From assembly GCA_020435205.1 (NCBI GenBank), contig JAGQZY010000001.1, forward strand, positions 58,229-122,228: a DNA stretch of 64,000 nucleotides, written 5' to 3'. The position numbers and the translations under genes were made by a program. Shown in pieces: positions 45,193 to 53,521 of this stretch. Every line of letters begins with the position of its first letter. The stretch's first letter is position 1. The DNA is from Bdellovibrionales bacterium (GTDB lineage Bacteria > Bdellovibrionota > Bdellovibrionia > Bdellovibrionales > JAGQZY01). Below the pieces are notes generated by a model. It was given only the letters and a program-made list of their open reading frames with translations. It was not told the DNA's origin and ran no database searches.

Positions 45193-45950
45193 TTATTGCA
45201 AGCACAGGCCCTTAATGCTGCCGCACTTTGTCCTGCTGCTGTGGTTGCAGCAGAATCTCTGTATCGTGTGCCACTAGCATCTGTGGAGTTGAAGCAGCCT
45301 AGTCCCAGGCCCCAGTTTGAAGAAAAAACAGTACTTCCGTCAGCCCCCATGGCATTCATGACATTTTGACAGTTTGTATTGGACCCACTGGAGCCAGCAT
45401 AGGTTAAAGTCGCCGAGTTATAGCCACCATGAGTTGAACAAACAGTAGTACAAGATTGATTTGAACTTCCATGGTACCAGCAGTAACCACCGTATAAAGT
45501 TCCTGCGCAGGTCACTTTTTCAGAAAATTGCTTCAATCCGCCAGCGCCTGCGCAATACACGTAATTTTGCAAGGTGCTGTCGTAGTAAAACTGGCCAGCG
45601 GTGGCGGCACTACCCGAGCAAGTGCCATTAGCCGTTTCAGTACTGACATCATACCAGGCTCCACCTTTACACATTCTTAAAGCGTTAGAGCCATTGTAGC
45701 TCATCGTGCCATTAGTGCAGGTTCCCCCCAGTGAGGTTCCCTCCACTTTGACCCAAGTGGTGTTATCATTTTTGCAATATTTGAGATCGGTGCCATCCCA
45801 GGATAGCTCGCCAGCAGTGCAAGCCATGGCGTTGTTAGGTAGAAAGAACAAAAAAGTTATAGGCAAAAGGAAGCCGGTGGCTTTTAAAAAGAAAGCCTTA
45901 ATAACAGAGTAGAATTGAGAGCCTTTTGGCTTTAAGGAAAATTGTGGCAT
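45189..45950 (-). CDS. Secreted 14-Cys protein, tandem paralog A
   Basis: Signal peptide ...LLPITFLFFLPNNAMA, then CTAGELSWDGTDLKYC.... It ends RACACNN. Confidence 0.6.
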   Translation of the reverse strand: MPQFSLKPKGSQFYSVIKAFFLKATGFLLPITFLFFLPNNAMACTAGELSWDGTDLKYCKNDNTTWVKVEGTSLGGTCTNGTMSYNGSNALRMCKGGAWYDVSTETANGTCSGSAATAGQFYYDSTLQNYVYCAGAGGLKQFSEKVTCAGTLYGGYCWYHGSSNQSCTTVCSTHGGYNSATLTYAGSSGSNTNCQNVMNAMGADGSTVFSSNWGLGLGCFNSTDASGTRYRDSAATTAAGQSAAALRACACNN

Positions 45951-46031
45951 TGCCCTAGGACTTATCGGTAGTGGGCTTGAGACCTTGAAAAGGTTCTCAA
46001 ATTAAGACAAGGGATCCCTGGCAAAACTTCA

Positions 46032-46781
46032 TTAGTTGTTACAGGCGCAGGCGCGGTTCCCAATAGAATAGGCTCCTCCGGCGGTTGTTGCGCTGGTGTC
46101 CCGGTATCGGGCGTTAGTATCAGGGATAACGAAACAACCCAAATTCATCCCCCAATTTAAACCAGTGGTACTGCCTGTACCAGCCCCCAAAGCATTCAGG
46201 ACATTTTGGCAATTTGCAAGGAGACCATCAGAACCAGCGTAACTCAGTGTGCCCGAGTTATAACCTCCGTGTGTTGAGCAGACCGTGGTACAGGATTGAT
46301 TGTTTGAGCCATAGTACCAACAGTAACCACCAACTAAAATCCCTCCGCAGGTCGCCTTTTCAGAAAATTGTTTCAATCCTCCGGCGCCCGCACAGTAAAC
46401 GTAGTTCTGCAGGGTGCTATCATAGTAAAATTGTCCAGCCGTTGCGGCATTGCCCGAGCAAGTGCCATTGGCTGTTTCTGTGCTGACGTCATACCAAGCC
46501 CCGCCTTTACACATTCTTAAAGCGTTAGAGCCATTATAGCTAATCGTGCCATTAGTGCAGGTTCCCCCCAGTGAGGTTCCCTCCACTTTGACCCAAGTGG
46601 TGTTATCATTTTTGCAATACTTGAGATCGGTTCCATCCCAGGATAGCTCGCCAGCGGTACAGGCCAGAACTAGGGATGGGCTGGTGATTGTGGCGATGGA
46701 AAAAGCGAATAGAAAGCGACTCAAAAAGGATTGAGGGTTTAAAAAAATCTTAAAAAAACAGTTATCACTTAACCTACGCAC
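46032..46781 (-). CDS. Secreted 14-Cys protein, tandem paralog B
   Basis: Same mature N-terminus CTAGELSWDGTDLKYCKNDNTTWVKVEG... and same C-terminus RACACNN. The signal peptide is diverged. The start (GTG 46781 or internal TTG) is uncertain. Confidence 0.55.
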   Translation of the reverse strand: MRRLSDNCFFKIFLNPQSFLSRFLFAFSIATITSPSLVLACTAGELSWDGTDLKYCKNDNTTWVKVEGTSLGGTCTNGTISYNGSNALRMCKGGAWYDVSTETANGTCSGNAATAGQFYYDSTLQNYVYCAGAGGLKQFSEKATCGGILVGGYCWYYGSNNQSCTTVCSTHGGYNSGTLSYAGSDGLLANCQNVLNALGAGTGSTTGLNWGMNLGCFVIPDTNARYRDTSATTAGGAYSIGNRACACNN

Positions 46782-46944
46782 AGCATTCCCATTGGTAAAA
46801 AACCACTCAGTCCTATCGGAAGATTGGTCCTACAACTAAAGGGCAGGTGCTCAAGATGAGACATCCTTCAATTTAAAAGTCCATGGCCAGTGACAAAGGG
46901 GGGCTTTCGCTCTAGAATAGATTTTTATCAACGGAGGTATCAAA

Positions 46945-47238
46945 ATGAGAATTTTACTAGCGATGATTGCACTTGTGACTTTAGGGGCTTGCGCTCACCA
47001 TAAAAGCTGTGGAGACAAGGCCAAGGCTGGACATCACATGAAAAAAGATATGTGGGAAAAGGCTTGGAAAGATATGGACACCAACAATGATGGTAAGCTT
47101 TCTAAAAAAGAATTTACGGATTTTAAAGTGGCCAAGTTTACGGATATGGATACAAACAAAGATGGTTTCGTAACCATGGATGAAAAAAAAGAATTCCATA
47201 AAAAAATGAAAAAAGGGAAATGTAAAGACTGTAAGTAG
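46945..47238 (+). CDS. EF-hand Ca-binding lipoprotein (97 aa)
   Basis: Lipobox TLGAC. Two EF loops: DMDTNNDGKLSKKEF and DMDTNKDGFVTMDE. Confidence 0.7.
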   Translation: MRILLAMIALVTLGACAHHKSCGDKAKAGHHMKKDMWEKAWKDMDTNNDGKLSKKEFTDFKVAKFTDMDTNKDGFVTMDEKKEFHKKMKKGKCKDCK

Positions 47239-47241
47239 TTT

Positions 47242-48102
47242 TTAAAAATGATTCCAAATGTAATCAAGGACAGGGCCAATAGCCTTGTCCTTTTTTTTAC
47301 ATATGAACATGTCAAGGCTATGATCATAGTTGAGGTGATCAAGGTGAATCAGCCGCCCACTTTGAATGTCTTCATTGACGTAGTGGTCGGGAAGCCGCCC
47401 CCATCCTAAGCCTCCAAGGATAAGCTCTTTTTTTGAATCAATATCGCTCACCGTCCATCGCTTTGCTTTTTTTGGAATACCCACACTGGAGTCATCGGGC
47501 AAAGTGCTGCGTTGAATGATCTGAGGGTAGCGAGTCAAATTTTCCAGAGTTTGCTCTTCGCGCGTGGAATGTAAAAATGGATGATCCCAGCCCACCACGA
47601 GTTTTAAGCAGACACTTCCAATTTTTTTTGCATCGAAGTCCAGGGTGTTGTGTAGGTTTTCAAAAATGGCAACATCCACCATATCTTGGTTGAGCATTTT
47701 TTCACCACTCATGATCTCTCGATGAAAAATGATTTCGGTGGCCGGAAATTCGTCAAAAAGCTTTTTTAGGACCGCGTAGATCCGTCGGCTGGGATAAACG
47801 GCTGACGCACTGATGGCCATGCGGGTTTCCACGCCCGAGGCAATTCTTTTGACGTCTTCTTTGAGGTGCTCACTGGCGAGGTAAATTGGGTAGGCTTTGG
47901 TGAGGAAGGCTTGACCTTGCTCGGTCAGGCGAGTGCGGTACCCCGAACGATCCAAAACTGGAAAACCCAATTGCTCCTCGAGTTTATCGATAGAATAGGA
48001 AACAGCGGACTTGGCTTTGTTTAGTTTTTCTGAAGCCCCGCTCAAACTGCCGGAGTTACTAACTGCCTGTAAACACTGAATTTGCTCTAAACTAATATCC
48101 AT
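47242..48102 (-). CDS. LysR-family transcriptional regulator
   Basis: HTH region MDISLEQIQCLQAVSNSGSLSGASEKLNKAKSAVSYSIDKLEEQLGFPVLDR. Start ATG 48102. Confidence 0.82.
   Translation of the reverse strand: MDISLEQIQCLQAVSNSGSLSGASEKLNKAKSAVSYSIDKLEEQLGFPVLDRSGYRTRLTEQGQAFLTKAYPIYLASEHLKEDVKRIASGVETRMAISASAVYPSRRIYAVLKKLFDEFPATEIIFHREIMSGEKMLNQDMVDVAIFENLHNTLDFDAKKIGSVCLKLVVGWDHPFLHSTREEQTLENLTRYPQIIQRSTLPDDSSVGIPKKAKRWTVSDIDSKKELILGGLGWGRLPDHYVNEDIQSGRLIHLDHLNYDHSLDMFICKKKDKAIGPVLDYIWNHF
47266..47298 (+). terminator. Strong intrinsic terminator of the EF-hand gene, embedded in the 3' coding end of the convergent LysR gene
   Basis: 11-bp stem AAGGACAGGGC-caata-GCCTTGTCCTT, running into a T8 run. 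Confidence 0.7.
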
Positions 48103-48208
48103 AAATGTTCTATTTTTAGTACAAGATGTAGGATAATTTGTTCTTTTATTTATGTCAAGTTTTGCTAACCTGAGGTCGAATTTCAACGGATTCTAAAAGG
48201 AGATCAAC

Positions 48209-48781
48209 ATGAAATTTTTAATGAGCCTCAGTGCCATTCTTATGAGTGTTTCGGTGATGGCCGCCGAAATTGATACCAATGCAAGTACCTTTAAGTGGAC
48301 AGGGACGAAAGTGACCGGCAAACATTTTGGAACCCTACCTGTGAAGTCAGCGAGTGTGAAAACCGATAAAAAAGGAAACATCACTGGCGGTGAGTTTGTC
48401 TTGGACATTACCAAGATGACCACAGAAGATTTGACCGGTGAGTGGAAAGAAAAGTTTTTGAAGCATATGAAAAGTGAAGATTTTTTTCATGTGGCAAAAT
48501 GGCCTACAGCCAAGCTAACCATTGATAAGATGGATGGAAAAAAAGCCTATGGAACTTTGAACATTCGCGACAAGTCAGAAAAGGTCACAATCCCTTACAC
48601 AAAAAAGGGCAATGCCTATACAGGAACTTTTAAATTTGATCGCACTAAGTTTGGAATGATCTATGGTTCAGGCGATTTTTTTAAAAACCTAGGTGATAAA
48701 ATGATCCATAATGAAGTGAGTTTGGACTTTAATGTCGTTGTTAAAAAAGAAAAATCTAAAAAACTTGCGGAGAATAATTGA
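48209..48781 (+). CDS. YceI-family periplasmic protein
   Basis: Signal peptide; ...FKWTGTKVTGKHFGT...FDRTKFGM, typical of YceI. Confidence 0.8.
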   Translation: MKFLMSLSAILMSVSVMAAEIDTNASTFKWTGTKVTGKHFGTLPVKSASVKTDKKGNITGGEFVLDITKMTTEDLTGEWKEKFLKHMKSEDFFHVAKWPTAKLTIDKMDGKKAYGTLNIRDKSEKVTIPYTKKGNAYTGTFKFDRTKFGMIYGSGDFFKNLGDKMIHNEVSLDFNVVVKKEKSKKLAENN

Positions 48782-49497
48782 TGAAATCGAATTTAATTCG
48801 CAACGAACAACGGGGCCACGCCAACCATGGATGGCTCCATGCTCGACATTCATTTAGCTTTGGCAGTTATTTTGATCCAAGCAAGATGGGTTTTGGTCGC
48901 TTGCGAGTTTTAAATGATGACACCATCGAGGCGGGGGCGGGGTTTGGTACCCACCCCCACCGCAATATGGAGATCATCACAATTCCTTTGCAGGGGTGTC
49001 TACGCCACAGGGATAGTGGTGGTAATGAAGGACTCATTCGCAATGGCGAAATTCAAGTCATGTCTGCTGGTACAGGGATTCGACATTCTGAATATAATGG
49101 CTCAGATTCCGAGAGTTTGAATCTATTGCAAATTTGGGTGGAACCAGGCAGGGCAGAGGTGGAGCCTCGATACGAACAAGCTCGGTTTGATTACCGCAGC
49201 CGAGCCAATCAATGGCACCAAGTCATTTCGCCTATGGGCTCAGATGAGCCTGGATTAAAAATCCATCAAAACTCCTACATTAATATCGGTTTATTTCATT
49301 CGGGCCAGTCATTAAGTTATGATCTCAAGGGTGGAGATCAGCAGGGTGTTTATCTTTTTGTGATTGATGGTCAATTGGAGATGAACGGACAAACACTCCA
49401 TCGCCGAGATGCCATCGAAATCGCTGACGCAAAGAGTTTTCAAGCCGCGGTTCAGTCAGAGACCGAAGTTTTGTTGATAGAGGTCCCCTTATTTTAA
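48781..49497 (+). CDS. Pirin-family protein
   Basis: GFGTHPHRNMEIITIPLQG...MSAGTGIRHSE. The ATG overlaps the YceI stop (TGATG). Confidence 0.85.
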   Translation: MKSNLIRNEQRGHANHGWLHARHSFSFGSYFDPSKMGFGRLRVLNDDTIEAGAGFGTHPHRNMEIITIPLQGCLRHRDSGGNEGLIRNGEIQVMSAGTGIRHSEYNGSDSESLNLLQIWVEPGRAEVEPRYEQARFDYRSRANQWHQVISPMGSDEPGLKIHQNSYINIGLFHSGQSLSYDLKGGDQQGVYLFVIDGQLEMNGQTLHRRDAIEIADAKSFQAAVQSETEVLLIEVPLF

Positions 49498-49577
49498 GAT
49501 CTTAGGCAAGGTCGAGGCCTTTTTCATTGCCAAGTCAATATTATGTCTACGATGATAGCCCTTTAAAAGGAGGGCCC

Positions 49578-50285
49578 ATGAAAAAATATTTATGGATTCT
49601 TTTATTGGTGGGATGTGCCCATTCCCAAGGTCATAAATCAAAAATGGTTACCCAATCTTTGATGCATCCGGGGCCCCATGCTCCCTACATTCACAAAGAT
49701 GGCGGCATTCACCATGACTTTAGTGATGCGGAAAGGTGGCATAAAGCTTTCGATGACCCCGATCGCGATCTTTGGCAACATCCTCAAGAAGTGATTTCCG
49801 TTATGGATATCCATCCAGGTATGGTTGTGGCCGATATTGGCGCGGGCACGGGTTATTTTTTGCCTCATCTGAGTGAAGCTGTTGGTAAAAAAGGAACTGT
49901 TTTTGCCCTGGATGTAGAAAGCAATCTTGTGAGTTTTATGGAAAACCGTTTGCAAGAAGAAAAGCTTTCTAATGTAAAGGTTCAACAGATTCCCTATGAC
50001 TCACCGGGAGTAAAAGAAAAATCTTTAGATCGAATTATCATTGTGAACACTTGGCATCATATTGGTGATCGGGAAAACTATTCAAAAAAATTAATGCAGA
50101 CCTTAAAAGGAAAGGGGGCCATTTACGTGGTTGATTTTGATCCTGAAGGTGGTGGGCCTGGGCCGAAAGCTTCCCATCGCTTGAGCCCAGAGCAGGTCAT
50201 GGCTGAGCTAAAAACCGCGGGTTTTAAAACTCAGCTCTTGAAAACAGAGCTTCCCCATCAATATATCGTTAAGGCTGTTCGTTAA
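49578..50285 (+). CDS. Class I SAM-dependent methyltransferase with signal/lipoprotein-like N-terminus
   Basis: ATG 49578 follows AAGGAGG. MKKYLWILLLVGC. SAM motif VVADIGAGTGYF. Confidence 0.6.
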   Translation: MKKYLWILLLVGCAHSQGHKSKMVTQSLMHPGPHAPYIHKDGGIHHDFSDAERWHKAFDDPDRDLWQHPQEVISVMDIHPGMVVADIGAGTGYFLPHLSEAVGKKGTVFALDVESNLVSFMENRLQEEKLSNVKVQQIPYDSPGVKEKSLDRIIIVNTWHHIGDRENYSKKLMQTLKGKGAIYVVDFDPEGGGPGPKASHRLSPEQVMAELKTAGFKTQLLKTELPHQYIVKAVR

Positions 50286-51300
50286 CCTTATATTTTTTTA
50301 GGTAGGCATCCGGAGAAAAAAGCATTTTAAAAAATTTTTGCCGGGTGCCACTATTCAGTTCTCTTTTTGGCTGAAACTTCACATGTTGATCGGGGTGATT
50401 TGGGCTGATTTCAATCCCAAACATCCCGCCGATTTCATTGGGGACAATGGCATAGCGAATATCAATAATATAGTTTTCTTGGGTGGGAGATTTTGCCAAA
50501 TAGTCATTGGAGAACCAGCGAAATCTTTCGATATCCTGAGTAAGTTGTCCTTGGGCAAGATTTGAAAAATCCCTTTTGACATTTAATTTGAGTACTGAGG
50601 CGCCAGGAAAAAAGTAGGGTCTCGCCAATACATGCACAGCATCTACGTAAAAAGAGTCTTCAGTTTCATAGACGACTCGCCACAATAAGAGATTGGCAAA
50701 GGAAGGCTTGGCTTCAAGTCGTATGGCTTTATGACCCCTCTCTTTAACTTTTTGCCAAGCCACGGCTTCTGCCCGTTCTCTTTGTAGAACGCCAAGAGCT
50801 AAATAGCATAGACCATAAACAAGGGCGACTCGTCCAAACTTTGGATTCTTCTTTTTGTAGGTTAAAAAAATCAACCCCAAAAGGGGAAGGGTGAAGAAAG
50901 GATCAACTATGGAGATGTTATTCCATGCGATACGGGCATTTGAAAAAGGCCACAGCAGTTGCGTGCCATAGGTAGTGCAACCATCAAGTAGCCCATGGGT
51001 GCCATAACCCAAGAAACAGTAAAGATAGTTCCAAGCAAAGGGGATTTGCTTTCGCCATAAGAGGTGAAAAAACAAAGCGCAAATGAACGCTCCAAAGGGG
51101 ATAAAAAATAAGGAATGGGTGAACTGGCGATGAAATTCTAAAAACAAAAGAGGGTCTTGAGAAGAGCGAATAAGGACATCAAGGTCAGGAGCCATGCCGG
51201 CCAAAAAAGAGACAATAAAGCCTATTCTCAAGTAGGGATTATTTCTCAAAATACCTTGGGGGAGGGTGGCACCAACCACGCCTTGGCTTAATGGGTCCAT
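50269..51300 (-). CDS. Membrane-bound metal-dependent hydrolase (YdjM/YbcI, DUF457-like) with C-terminal extension
   Basis: MDPLSQGVVGA..., HRQFTHSLFF, GTHGLLDGCTTYGTQLLWPFS. Confidence 0.6.
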   Translation of the reverse strand: MDPLSQGVVGATLPQGILRNNPYLRIGFIVSFLAGMAPDLDVLIRSSQDPLLFLEFHRQFTHSLFFIPFGAFICALFFHLLWRKQIPFAWNYLYCFLGYGTHGLLDGCTTYGTQLLWPFSNARIAWNNISIVDPFFTLPLLGLIFLTYKKKNPKFGRVALVYGLCYLALGVLQRERAEAVAWQKVKERGHKAIRLEAKPSFANLLLWRVVYETEDSFYVDAVHVLARPYFFPGASVLKLNVKRDFSNLAQGQLTQDIERFRWFSNDYLAKSPTQENYIIDIRYAIVPNEIGGMFGIEISPNHPDQHVKFQPKRELNSGTRQKFFKMLFSPDAYLKKYKVNEQP

Positions 51301-51391
51301 GGGGTAAAAGTTTACTTCTCCTTTTTATTAAAGACCAGCATAATTAGACAATGGTTTTTAATAAGGAATTCAAAATGAAAAACAATCTTTT

Positions 51392-52147
51392 ATGTTGGGC
51401 TCTATGACTCTTCAAGTGCCAAAAAATATTTTAATTCTTGGTCTGGGCTACACAGGACGATTTCTTTTGCAGACCCGACCTCAAGAATGGTTAAGCACTC
51501 AGGTACTGACAACGTCCCGTTCCCAAGGACAAAACTTTGTCTTTGATCTTTTAGATGAGAGCACTTGGGACCATCTTCCTCCGGTGGCAGGGACAATCAT
51601 TACTTTTCCCCTAGAGCCTTTTGCTAAGGCCAAGTCCTTTTTTGATAAAAAGAAAAATGACTTGGGTCGAATCGTCATCATGGGTAGCACCTCCTGTTTG
51701 CAGATAGATGAGGAGGGGCAAAGGGTCAATGAGGACTGTCCAATTACGCCATCTCTCGATCGAGTGGAGGCTGAACTTTATTTTAAAAGCCAAGGAGCTA
51801 TGCTCGTCTTGGCCTCCGGCATTTATGGACCGGGCAGGAATCCGATCGATTGGGTCAAGAAGGGTTGGGTTGGTCCTAGCGAAAAATATTTAAATCTCAT
51901 TCATGGTGAAGACCTAGCGAGAATCCTGTGGGCTGCATTAAAAATGGGTCAGCCGGGCACAACGTATTTGGCCTCTGATGGTCATCCGCACTCTTGGAAG
52001 AAATTAATTACCCATTGGCAGTCAAAAGGCTTGTTGCCCAATAGGGTTGGAGGCCCCCCTTCGCGCCGAGTGTCTAAAAAAATAGATAGTTCAAAAACCT
52101 TAGAACAGCTATCAATAAGTTTAAATTATCCAGATATATTAGGCTGA
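51392..52147 (+). CDS. NAD(P)-binding Rossmann-fold (SDR/epimerase-like) protein
   Basis: NILILGLGYTGRFL glycine-rich loop; ~250 aa. Confidence 0.5.
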   Translation: MLGSMTLQVPKNILILGLGYTGRFLLQTRPQEWLSTQVLTTSRSQGQNFVFDLLDESTWDHLPPVAGTIITFPLEPFAKAKSFFDKKKNDLGRIVIMGSTSCLQIDEEGQRVNEDCPITPSLDRVEAELYFKSQGAMLVLASGIYGPGRNPIDWVKKGWVGPSEKYLNLIHGEDLARILWAALKMGQPGTTYLASDGHPHSWKKLITHWQSKGLLPNRVGGPPSRRVSKKIDSSKTLEQLSISLNYPDILG

Positions 52148-52149
52148 TT

Positions 52150-52413
52150 TTACAAATGAGTCTCTTTACTGAGATCTTCTTTTTTGATTAGGGAAGCCGT
52201 TTCACTTTTTAAATCATAGACAACTTGTACCCATCCAGAGTGTAGCTGCTTTCGAATGTGCTGCTTTTTTTCCTCGAGGCTGAACTCTCGAATTCCGTAG
52301 TCGGTTCCTTCGCGAAGAATGAACTCTTCGATGAGACCTTCCAAAGCGGGCTCAGACAACTGGTTTGTAGGCACAACAACAAATTCAGCATGGTCAGAAG
52401 AGAGGTTTTTCAT
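52150..52413 (-). CDS. YheU-family protein (UPF0270)
   Basis: LSEPALEGLIEEFILREGTDYG...KKQHIRKQLHSGWVQVVYD resembles E. coli YheU. Confidence 0.7.
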   Translation of the reverse strand: MKNLSSDHAEFVVVPTNQLSEPALEGLIEEFILREGTDYGIREFSLEEKKQHIRKQLHSGWVQVVYDLKSETASLIKKEDLSKETHL

Positions 52414-52474
52414 GCTCTGGTTGTAGCATATTTTCCGCTCCTGCCAATGCAAAGCTTGTGTTATGCTCTAGATC

Positions 52475-52942
52475 ATGGACAAAAACCTCATTTTTAAAAT
52501 GATCATGGAAGAAATGAAGAGAAACTTACAGGTTCTTGTCGATTCTGCCTTAGAGGCCAAGGAGGCCTCGACCAACGAGGAATCCAAACCTGAAAACAAA
52601 TACGATACCCGTGGCCTTGAGGCTTCCTACTTGGCCTCTGGGCAAGCACAAAGAGCTCAACAGCTAAAAGAGAAAATTTTTTATATGGAGCAAGTGCAAC
52701 TAAAAACATTTGGCCCCAAAGACCCTGTTACTATTTCTGCCCTGGTTGAATTGGAAATGGATCAAGGTTTAAAAAAATGGTTTTTTCTCCTTCCTATCGG
52801 TGGACTAACCGTCGAAATGAATGGAGTCAGTGTACAATCCATGACGCAGGAGTCACCCATTGGAGAGGCTTTAGTGAACTCTTTTGTCGACGATGAGATC
52901 GAAGTTAATGGAAAATACTTTTTGATCACGCAGGTGCTTTAA
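52475..52942 (+). CDS. GreA/GreB C-terminal-domain family protein (Rnk-like)
   Basis: ENKYDTRGLEASYLASGQAQRA...SPIGEALVNSFVDDEIEVNGKYFLITQV. Confidence 0.5.
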   Translation: MDKNLIFKMIMEEMKRNLQVLVDSALEAKEASTNEESKPENKYDTRGLEASYLASGQAQRAQQLKEKIFYMEQVQLKTFGPKDPVTISALVELEMDQGLKKWFFLLPIGGLTVEMNGVSVQSMTQESPIGEALVNSFVDDEIEVNGKYFLITQVL

Positions 52943-53505
52943 TGGCGGCGATCATCCGTGATTTGAAAAAGGGGGATATCCCTGCAGTGAAGGACTTCAC
53001 TGATCATAGTATTGGAAAGGGTTACTTTACTTTGGATGAAGTTCAAGATCTCTACCAGCGTTCAATGAAGGATGGAATCATGTGTTCCCAGGTGCTGATC
53101 GAAGATGGAAAAATCTTAGGGGTGAGGATCACTTTGCCGCCCGGTCATTGGCAGTCTGGAAAAGGCCAGGGCCTCAACGAGGCCAAGTGGGCTCATCCCA
53201 AAAAAGATACGGCTTATTTTCAATCCCTCTTTATTGATCTGCAGCATACAGGTCAAGGATGGGGAAAAAAACTTTCATTGCGATCGATCGATCGATTAAA
53301 AGAGCTTGGAGCTCTTGGGGTCCTTTGTCATTCTTGGAAAGAGTCCCCCCATAATTCATCCCGTCGCTATTTAGAATCTATTGGGTTTCGTTGGATCGCA
53401 GACCACCCCATGTACTGGCATGAGGTGAATTATCAATGCACTCGCTGTGGTCAACCTTGTGTATGCACAGCCCAAGAAATGTACCTCGACATTTCCTCAC
53501 TTTAG
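52942..53505 (+). CDS. GNAT-family N-acetyltransferase
   Basis: FIDLQHTGQGWGKKL (Q/RxxGxG/A motif). The ATG overlaps the upstream stop (TAATG). Confidence 0.6.
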   Translation: MAAIIRDLKKGDIPAVKDFTDHSIGKGYFTLDEVQDLYQRSMKDGIMCSQVLIEDGKILGVRITLPPGHWQSGKGQGLNEAKWAHPKKDTAYFQSLFIDLQHTGQGWGKKLSLRSIDRLKELGALGVLCHSWKESPHNSSRRYLESIGFRWIADHPMYWHEVNYQCTRCGQPCVCTAQEMYLDISSL

Positions 53506-53521
53506 AGGAATACTTTTTAAC

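Larger units (their letters stand above)
45189..46781 (-). repeat. Tandem gene duplication (period ~840-843 bp) with a ~150-bp tract of ~97% identity
   Basis: 45673..45822 versus 46513..46662 differ at about 4 positions. Flanking coding sequence shows about 17-22% mismatch in hand-aligned 60-nt blocks. Confidence 0.8.
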
